From: an uncultured Actinomycetes bacterium
GTDB lineage: Bacteria; Actinomycetota; Thermoleophilia; UBA2241
Direction: 5' to 3'
DNA length: 64,000 nt
NCBI GenBank assembly: GCA_963755025.1
Contig: CAVWIH010000017.1
Span: 32,001 to 96,000 of the forward strand
Of this stretch, positions 1-7,500 are shown piece after piece; within the stretch, counting starts at the first letter, position 1; each line of letters opens with the position of its first letter. A program made the translations under genes and the position numbers. Below the pieces are notes generated by a model. It saw nothing but the letters and a program-made list of their open reading frames with translations. It was not told where the DNA came from and searched no databases.

Positions 1-1
1 C

Positions 2-301
2 CGTCTGAGCGGCCAGGAACTTCTGCACGGCCGCCTGGTCGAGCGAGTCGACCGCCCCGAAGTTGACGTCGGTGATGAGGTCGTCGGCCGTGAACGCGGC
101 GCCGCCCAGGGCGCCCCACGAGACCGCCGCGCGTTGCGCGGCGGGGCTGAACGAGGGATCGCGCGGCGCCGCGGCGGCGGCCGGTCCGGCGCTCAGCGAG
201 AGGCCGACGGTCAGCAGTGCCGCGGCGCACAGGGCGATACCGGCGGCGCGCGGGCGGGTCGTTGCCTGACTGGTTCTGGCGTGCGAAAGTTCCGGGTTCG
301 T
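2..301 (-). CDS. 5' part of a secreted protein running off the window edge; start codon uncertain
   Basis: Minus frame reads RPRAAGIALCAAALLTVGLSLSAGPAAAA (signal-peptide-like) then FTADDLITDVNFGAVDSLDQAAVQKFLAAQ. No in-frame ATG nearby; GAGGAG sits 5 nt before an in-frame ACG at 301. Confidence 0.5.
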
Positions 302-386
302 GAGCGCTCCTCTGCCGTGGCCGACTGTGGGGTCATCGGCAGGGAGGGCGGCTCGGTTGAGCGACTCGCGCTCGGGCGCCGCTCGC

Positions 387-1049
387 CTAGGAAGAGCCGC
401 CCGAGATGAAGTGCAGCTCGATGCCCTTGACGACGGCCTCGGAGCGGCTGCGCACGCCGAGCTTGCGGTAGATCGACGAGACGTGGTTCTGCACCGTCTT
501 GGTCGACAGGAACAGGTGCGACGCGATCTGCGCGGCGGTCATGGGCGTGGCCAGCAGCCGCAGCACCTGCAGCTCGCGCTCGGACAGGTCGAGGCGCCGC
601 CGTTCGTACTCGCCGGGCGCGTAGTCGAGGCCGGTGACGCCCCCGGCGAGGCCCTCGGTGACCGAACCGCCGAAGGCGCTGCCGCCGCCGGCGACGAGGT
701 GGATGGCACCGATCAGCTGGGCCGGGTCGGCGTCTTTGGCGATGTAGCCGCGCGCCCCCGCGGTGATCGAGCTGAACAGCGCGTCGCGGTCGTCGCGGCC
801 GCTCACGATGATGACCTTGACGTCGTCGCCGCGCTCCTTGAGGCGGGCCGTGGTGGCGAGGCCGTCGAGCCGTCCGGGCATGAAGATGTCGAGCAGCAGC
901 ACGGCGCCCGGGTTGTCGCGCACGGCGTCGAGGGCTTCGTCGCCGGTCGACGCTTGGGCGACCACCTCGAGCCCCTCGGCCTCGAGGAGCTGCGCCAGAC
1001 CGGCGCGCCACAGGGCGTGATCGTCGGCGATGACGACGCGGATGGTCAT
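387..1049 (-). CDS. NarL/LuxR-family response regulator
   Basis: MTIRVVIADDH...LLLDIFMPG...GYIAKD receiver domain plus LSERELQVL...IASHLFLSTKTVQNHVSSIYRKLG HTH; ATGA overlap with the kinase stop. Confidence 0.93.
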   Translation of the reverse strand: MTIRVVIADDHALWRAGLAQLLEAEGLEVVAQASTGDEALDAVRDNPGAVLLLDIFMPGRLDGLATTARLKERGDDVKVIIVSGRDDRDALFSSITAGARGYIAKDADPAQLIGAIHLVAGGGSAFGGSVTEGLAGGVTGLDYAPGEYERRRLDLSERELQVLRLLATPMTAAQIASHLFLSTKTVQNHVSSIYRKLGVRSRSEAVVKGIELHFISGGSS

Positions 1050-2431
1050 GAGCGTCGCTCCGCGACCAGGGCCAGGGCATCGAGAAGATCGTCCATCACG
1101 AACGGCTTCGCCATGAACCAGGCGTTCTCCTTGCCGCCGGCGGCAAGCGCCGCCGCCGCGGTCTCGTCGCTGCTGACCACGAGGGCCGGCATCCCGGGCA
1201 GGCGACCGACCGCTTCGACCCCGTCGAGGCCGGGCAGGTGGTAGTCGAAGACGGCGCAGTCGAAGTGACGGGCGGCGGCGAGCGCCAGACCGTCTTCGGC
1301 GCTGCCGGCGCTCTCGACCGCACAGCCGGTGTCGCGCAGCGCGCCGACCACGGCGCTCGCCAGGTGCTCGTCGTCGTCGACGACGAGCACCTGGCGAGCC
1401 GCCAGGCGCACGCGGTCGGCGATCGGTAGGCGTACGGTGAAGACGGCTCCGCCGCCCTCGCGGTCGGCCGCCGAAAGGTCGCCGCCCGCGCCCAGGGTGA
1501 GGCGGCGCACGAGCCAGAGCCCCAGTCCGGTGCCCTGCGCCTTGGTCGAGAAGAACGGGGCGAAGACGTCGCCCTCGGGCAGCCCGGGGCCACGGTCGGC
1601 CACCGACACGAGGGCGCAGCCGTCGGCGATGGCGAGCGTGACCTCGACGGGGCCGCCGTCGCCGTCGGCGTCGATCGCGTTGCCGACGAGGTTGCCGACG
1701 ATCGACGACAGCTCGGCGTGTCCGACGGCCACGCGGGCGTCGCCCGCGGCGCTGACCAGCAGCTCGGTGTCGGGTGCGCGCAGGCGCTGCTCGCCGACGA
1801 TGTCCTGGATGGCCGCGGCCAGCGAGGTAAGCCGCAAGCCGGCGCCGTCGCGCGCCGCGCCGGCCATCGAGTGCAGGATGGTCGACAGGCGCGACTGGCA
1901 ATCGGCGAGCTCGGCGGCGATGACGTCGAGGTTGGTGAGCGCGGGGCCGTCGGTCGGCAGCTGGCGACGCAGCAGGCCGACGTAGAGCCCTATGGTGGCC
2001 AGCGGCGACTTGAGCTCGTGGGCCATGGCGCTGGCCAGCCGGCCGGCGTCGGAGACCTGGCGCTCGGCGTGGGCGCGGCGCTCGCGGTCGAGGGTCGCAG
2101 TGAGGTCGGTGAAGATCATGGCGACGACGGCCGGGTCGCCCAGCACGTGAAGGCCGTAGCCGAGCATGCGCCGGCCGCCGGCGGTCTCGACCTCGAGCTG
2201 GACGCGCGATCTGCTGTGGCCGCCGGCGAGGCCGGCAACCAGGGCGCGCGCGATGGCGCCGATGGGCTCGGCGCCCTCGGCGAGGCTCGCGCAGGTGCGA
2301 CCCAGCACGCCCTCGGCGGGCACGCCCAGGATCTCCTGCGCGGCGTGGTTGTAGAGCGAGACGATGCCGGCATCGTCGACGGCGATCGCGCCCGTGGCCA
2401 TCTGCTCGAGGACGATGTTCGCGAGTGCCAA
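1046..2431 (-). CDS. Cytoplasmic PAS hybrid sensor histidine kinase with C-terminal receiver
   Basis: PAS (YNHAAQEILG), H-box MAHELKSPL, N-box NLVGNAIDA, DRGPG, FFSTK, GTGLGL, then VLVVDDD...FDYHLPG...KPF; no TM helix. Confidence 0.9.
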   Translation of the reverse strand: MALANIVLEQMATGAIAVDDAGIVSLYNHAAQEILGVPAEGVLGRTCASLAEGAEPIGAIARALVAGLAGGHSRSRVQLEVETAGGRRMLGYGLHVLGDPAVVAMIFTDLTATLDRERRAHAERQVSDAGRLASAMAHELKSPLATIGLYVGLLRRQLPTDGPALTNLDVIAAELADCQSRLSTILHSMAGAARDGAGLRLTSLAAAIQDIVGEQRLRAPDTELLVSAAGDARVAVGHAELSSIVGNLVGNAIDADGDGGPVEVTLAIADGCALVSVADRGPGLPEGDVFAPFFSTKAQGTGLGLWLVRRLTLGAGGDLSAADREGGGAVFTVRLPIADRVRLAARQVLVVDDDEHLASAVVGALRDTGCAVESAGSAEDGLALAAARHFDCAVFDYHLPGLDGVEAVGRLPGMPALVVSSDETAAAALAAGGKENAWFMAKPFVMDDLLDALALVAERRS

Positions 2432-2655
2432 GAGAAGTACCCCCTACGTCGGACCGGCGCGGCTGTCGCCCGAGTCTTCAATCGGCAGGTTCGGCCGGGT
2501 CCTGCAGAGGTTCGAGTGTAGCGCACACCGGCGGCCGGTTGCGCGTGCGGCCGGCGCACTCGCGCGACCGCCCACCGTCGCCTCGCCGGGCTCGCGCGGC
2601 CGCCTCACGTCGCGCTCGCGCGACCGCTTACCGCCGCGCTCGCGCTTGTCGGCCG

Positions 2656-4104
2656 CTACCTGACGGTGAGGGTGTTCGAGGCGACGCTCGACTGCACGTT
2701 GCCGGCCGCGTCGGTGGCGTAGATGGAGAAGCGGTAGTGTCCCGCGGCCAGGTGGCAGGCGAAGCGCGCCACGAGCGGGGTGTTGAGGGCGGCGCCGTGA
2801 CGCGTCAGCGTGGCCACCAGGCGGCCGTTGGGCGCCTTGACCTTGATGGTCACGTCGGCGGTCGTCGGGACGGCGCGCGACTCGCTCACCGAGTAGGCGA
2901 GGGCCGCGGTGCGCCCGTGCGTGGCGGTCGCGCCGCGCACGGCGAGGGGGGTGGGTGCGCAGGTGTCGATGTCGACGGTGCAGACCTGGGGGGTCTCGAC
3001 GTTGCCCGCGCCGTCGACCGAGCGGTAGAGCACGGCGTGCGAGCCGTCGCCTGAGTGGTCGGCCGGCGCCGCCACCGTGAGGCTCGTGCCGGTCGTCCAG
3101 GGGCCGCCGTCGATCTTGTATTCGGTGCGGGCCACGCCGCTGCCGCCCGGGCCGTCGGTGGCCGACAGGGTCACGGTGACCGGCTTGTTGTGCCAGAGGT
3201 CGTCGGCGCCCGTGGCGGTGGTCGTGGGGGCCGTGACGTCGCCCGTGGTCTGGCTCACCGCGAAGCTCGTGCCGTCGCTCGACAGCGACGAGGCCGCGGC
3301 CAGGGTGGCGCCGTCGTGGGCGACCATGGCGATCTGGTTGCGGGCGAAGGCGGTGAGGGGGCGGCCGTCGATCGCGCAGCCGGTGTAGTCCACGGCGCCG
3401 AAGTCGGCGAGCGGCAACAGACCGCCGACCGAGGCGTCGGTGGGTGCTTCGGCCACGATCTCGGCCGACGCGGGGGCTGCGGTCGGTCCGTACTGCATGG
3501 TGCTGAAGGAGCGCTGCGTGGTACGGTCGGCGACCGCAAGGGTGAAGCGGCCGTCGCCGTCGGTGGTGACGGTCGCGGTCATCAGGTCGCCGGCGTTCAC
3601 CGTGAGGCTCGCGATGGGCACCTCGGCGGCCGGATACATCTCATACCAGGCGTAGTAGGCGACGTGGCCGTCGCGCACCGCGGCGGCGATGCCGGTCTGT
3701 TCCGCCGTCGCGCTGCCGTCACCGTCGAGGCCGACCCAGAAGCTGGCATACGAAAGGGACGTGCTCGGCGCGGCGATCGCCGGGGTGATCCAGGTGGCGG
3801 TGACGGTGGTGGGGCCGCCGGTGGTGATGTCGTAGCCGGCCCAGTTCAGCGAGGAGACGCTGGTCGTCTGGCCCGCGCCCTGCGAGCTTGTGCGCGCGCC
3901 CGCGCGCTCGACGCGAAGGAGCGGGGCGTCGGCGGTGACCGCGGCGCGGGGAGTCGAGGGGTCCGCCGCGCCGGCGCGTGTCATCGTCGAGCGAGTGAGG
4001 GGGCAGCCCGCTGCGATGCGCGCGCCGGCGAAGGCCGGCAGACTTGCGGAGAAAAGAAGGAGGGCGCATACGAGTGATCCCATGATGCAGACCAGGCGAG
4101 CCAT
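2656..4104 (-). CDS. Secreted G1 (glutamic) peptidase with Ig-like and basic C-terminal domains
   Basis: Signal peptide; G1 motifs SLNWAGY, FWVGLDG, EQTG, YAWYE, SAEIVAEAP; then DVTAPTT...YKIDGG...YRSVDGAGNVE Ig-like repeat. Start placed at MARLVCIMG. Confidence 0.8.
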   Translation of the reverse strand: MARLVCIMGSLVCALLLFSASLPAFAGARIAAGCPLTRSTMTRAGAADPSTPRAAVTADAPLLRVERAGARTSSQGAGQTTSVSSLNWAGYDITTGGPTTVTATWITPAIAAPSTSLSYASFWVGLDGDGSATAEQTGIAAAVRDGHVAYYAWYEMYPAAEVPIASLTVNAGDLMTATVTTDGDGRFTLAVADRTTQRSFSTMQYGPTAAPASAEIVAEAPTDASVGGLLPLADFGAVDYTGCAIDGRPLTAFARNQIAMVAHDGATLAAASSLSSDGTSFAVSQTTGDVTAPTTTATGADDLWHNKPVTVTLSATDGPGGSGVARTEYKIDGGPWTTGTSLTVAAPADHSGDGSHAVLYRSVDGAGNVETPQVCTVDIDTCAPTPLAVRGATATHGRTAALAYSVSESRAVPTTADVTIKVKAPNGRLVATLTRHGAALNTPLVARFACHLAAGHYRFSIYATDAAGNVQSSVASNTLTVR

Positions 4105-4450
4105 CCGCTGGTTCTGTTCCTGTGGACTCAAGGTCTCCCCCGACGCCGCACCGATAAGGTCACTCCTCCTACGCAGAAGGGGTTCGGGCGGCGGGGCTCC
4201 CGGTGGTGATAGGCACGACTCCCGGTTCGGACAGGGCAGGAGCGGCGGGGGCGAGCCCGAAACCAACGCGAGAGCGGCGTCTGCGGTGCCGCTGCCCTCG
4301 GCGTGCCCGCGGTTTTGAGCGTGGCCGGGCGGCTCACCAGGCGACGGGCGGTCCTTACACCTTGCTTAGTACGCCCGAGTATCTAAACGTACGCTCTATG
4401 AGTAAACGGATGTCCCATGAGCTCGCGAGAGCCCGTCGCCGATAGGTACA

Positions 4451-4498
4451 GCAGGACGGATTATCGGGTGGCAGGCGCCTGCCACCCGATAGTCCTGC
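4451..4498 (+). promoter_or_regulatory. Long hairpin with a perfect 30-bp palindrome just before the RBS of the surface-protein gene
   Basis: TATCGGGTGGCAGGCGCCTGCCACCCGATA (4462-4491) is self-complementary and is extended by GCAGGAC/GTCCTGC; GGAGGT RBS follows about 9 nt later. Confidence 0.6.
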
Positions 4499-4516
4499 AC
4501 TACGTCGGAGGTAGAG

Positions 4517-7500
4517 ATGACACAAGCCCAGAAACTGACGAGACGCGTGACTCTCCCGATCGTCGCGGCAGTGGTGGTGGCTGTGTTTGCCGTTTGCGCG
4601 AGCGTCGCGCTCGCGGCTACTCCGGGATCGGTCACCATCAGTTCGACGACACACCCCTCGCAGTCGGCCTGGTACCCCTCGGCGAACCCTGCGTTCACCT
4701 GGACGCCGGCGACCGAGAGCGGCGGCACTATCGCCGGCTACTCGTTCGTGCTCGATCAGAGCTCCGGCACCATCCCGGTGGCGTCGACCGGCACCGCCTC
4801 TCTGTCGTACCTGCCGAAGGTCGACTACACCATCGGCTCGACCCCGGCCGAGGACAGCGTCGCCGACCTGAACGGCGACGGCAAGCCCGACCTCGTCGTC
4901 GAGAACTCGGCGTCCAACACCGTCAGCGTGCTGCTCGGTAACGGCGACGGCACCTTCAAGGCGGCCGTCAACTACGCCACCGGCGCCGACCCCTGGTCGC
5001 TCGCCATCGGCGACGTCAACGGCGACGGCAAGCTCGACCTCGTCATCTGCGACGAGTCGGCGAACACGATCAGCGTGCTGCTCGGTAACGGCGACGGCAC
5101 CTTCCAGGCGCACGTCGACTACACGACCGGCGCGGGCACCTCGCCCGAGAGCATGCGCCTCGGCGACTTCAACGGCGACGGCAAGCTCGACGTGGTCACC
5201 GCCAACGCCGGCACCAGCAACCTGAGCGTGCTGCTCAACCAGGGCAACGGCACCTTCGGCGCGCCGACGACGTTCGGCACCGACTCGCACCCCACATCGA
5301 TCGCCGTCGGCGACCTGAACGGCGACGGCAAGCAGGACGTGGTCACGGCCAACATCGACACCAGCAGCGTCAGCGTGCTGATGGGCAACGGCAACGGCAC
5401 CTTCCAGACCGCGGTCAGCTACCCCTGCGGCTCGACTCCCGAGACCGTCGTGCTGGCCGACCTGAACGGCGACGGCCATCCCGACATCGCCACGGCGAAC
5501 TACGTCAGCACCGCAAGCGTGCTGCTGAACAAGGGCAACGGCACCTTCGCCGCCCACGTCGACTACGCGACCGGTTCGGGCCCCTACTCGCTCGCGGCGG
5601 CCGACATGAACCACGACGGCGCGATCGACCTGGTGACCGTGAACCACGCCGCCAACAGCGTCAGCGTGCTGTACGGCAACGGCGACGGCACCCTGCAGCC
5701 CAAGGTCGACCTGGCGGTCGGCAACGGCCCCTTCTGGGTGGCGCTCGGCGACTTCAACCACGACGGCTACGGCGACATCGCCGTCAGCAACTACGGCAGC
5801 GGCACCGTCAGCGTGCTGCTGGGCAGCGCCTACTTCTCGACCAAGACGGCCGCCAAGTTCACAGGCCAGGCCGAAGGCACCTGGTACCTGCACGTGCGCG
5901 CCGTCGATACGCTCGGCGTGGGCGGCCCGACCGCCACCTACACCGTGCACATCGACGCCACGCCGCCGGTCACCACCGCCTCGGGGCTGGTCGCCGGCGC
6001 CGGCACCAGCTGGACGAACGCCCCGTCGGTGACCCTCAGCGCTACCGACGCGCTGTCCGGCGTCGCGACCACCTACTACACCGTCGACGGCGGCGCGCCT
6101 CAGGCCTACACGGCCTCCCCGATCACCGACTTGACCGCCGGCAGCCACGCGATCAGCTACTGGTCGGTCGACAACGCCGGCAACACCGAGACGGCTCACA
6201 GCGGCTACGTCAACGTCGACCTCACGGCGCCCGTCACCACGGCGAGCGGCCTGTCGACCAGCGCCACCACCGGCTGGAACAAGACGGCCGCGACGTTCAC
6301 CCTGGCGGCGACCGACGCCCTGTCCGGCGTCGCGACGACCTACTACACCGTCGACGGTGGCCAGCGTCAGACCTACACCACTCCCGTCACCATCTCGACG
6401 GCCGGCAGCCACGCGATCAGCTACTGGTCGGTCGACAACGCCGGCAACGCCGAGACGGCGCACAACGCGTTCGTCAACGTCGACCTCGCGGCGCCCGCCA
6501 CCACGGCGACCGGCCTCGCGACCAGCTCCACGACGGGTTGGACCAACGGGAGCAAGACGGTCACCCTGGGGGCGACCGACGCGCTCTCCGGCGTCGCCAC
6601 CACCTACTACACCGTCGACGGCGGCGCGCCGCAGACCTACACGGCCGCCTTCGCCATCGCGACGGCCGGCAGCCATCCGGTCACCTACTGGTCGGTCGAT
6701 AACGCCGGCAACGTCGAGGCGGCCCACAACGGCTTCGTGAACATCGACCTCGTCAAGCCCGTCACGGTCGCGACCGGCCTGGCCGGCACGACGACGTCGG
6801 GGTGGCACACCTCGGCCACGAGCTTCACCCTCGCGGCGACCGACGCCGGCAACTCCGGCCTGGCCACCACGAACTACACCATCGACGGCGGGGCGAGCGC
6901 GCAGTACTCGGGCACGCCCGTACCGGTCAGCGGCGACGCGAGCCACATGGTCACCTATTGGTCGACCGACGTCGCCGGGAACGTCGAAGACGCCCACACC
7001 GGCTACATCAACATCGACACCAAGGCGCCGACCACCACCGCCGCCACCGACCCGAGCGGCTGGACCAACGGCCCGGTCAAGGTCACCCTGACCGCCGGCG
7101 ACACCGGCTCCGGTGTCGGCACGACCTGGTACCAGGTCGGTAGCGGTGACCCCAAGATCTACAGCGGCGCCATCACTGCCAGCGACGCCACTCAGATCAG
7201 CTACTGGTCGACCGATGTCGCCGGCAACGTGGAGAGCCATCACGCCCTCACGCCGCAGATCGACACGATCGCGCCGGTCACGACGGCCGCGACCGACCCG
7301 AGCCGCTGGACCAACGGCTCAGTCCAGGTGACCCTCACCGCTGCCGACACGGGTGGCTCGGGCATCGATACGACCTGGTACAAGGTCGGCGACGGCGATG
7401 CCCAGGTCTACACCGACCCCTTCACCGTCTCCGACGCCACCCAGATCACCTACTGGTCGACCGACAAGGCCGGCAACGAAGAGGCGCACAACACGCTGAC

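Noticed and set aside
2480-2530. tRNA suggested by GGTTCGAG
   Set aside because: No cloverleaf pairing or acceptor stem.
4355-7243. Long antisense and alternate-frame ORFs (e.g. 4355-7243, 33777-37055, 47792-50965, 59406-61610)
   Set aside because: Shadow ORFs caused by high GC3; no family motifs; they overlap well-supported genes.
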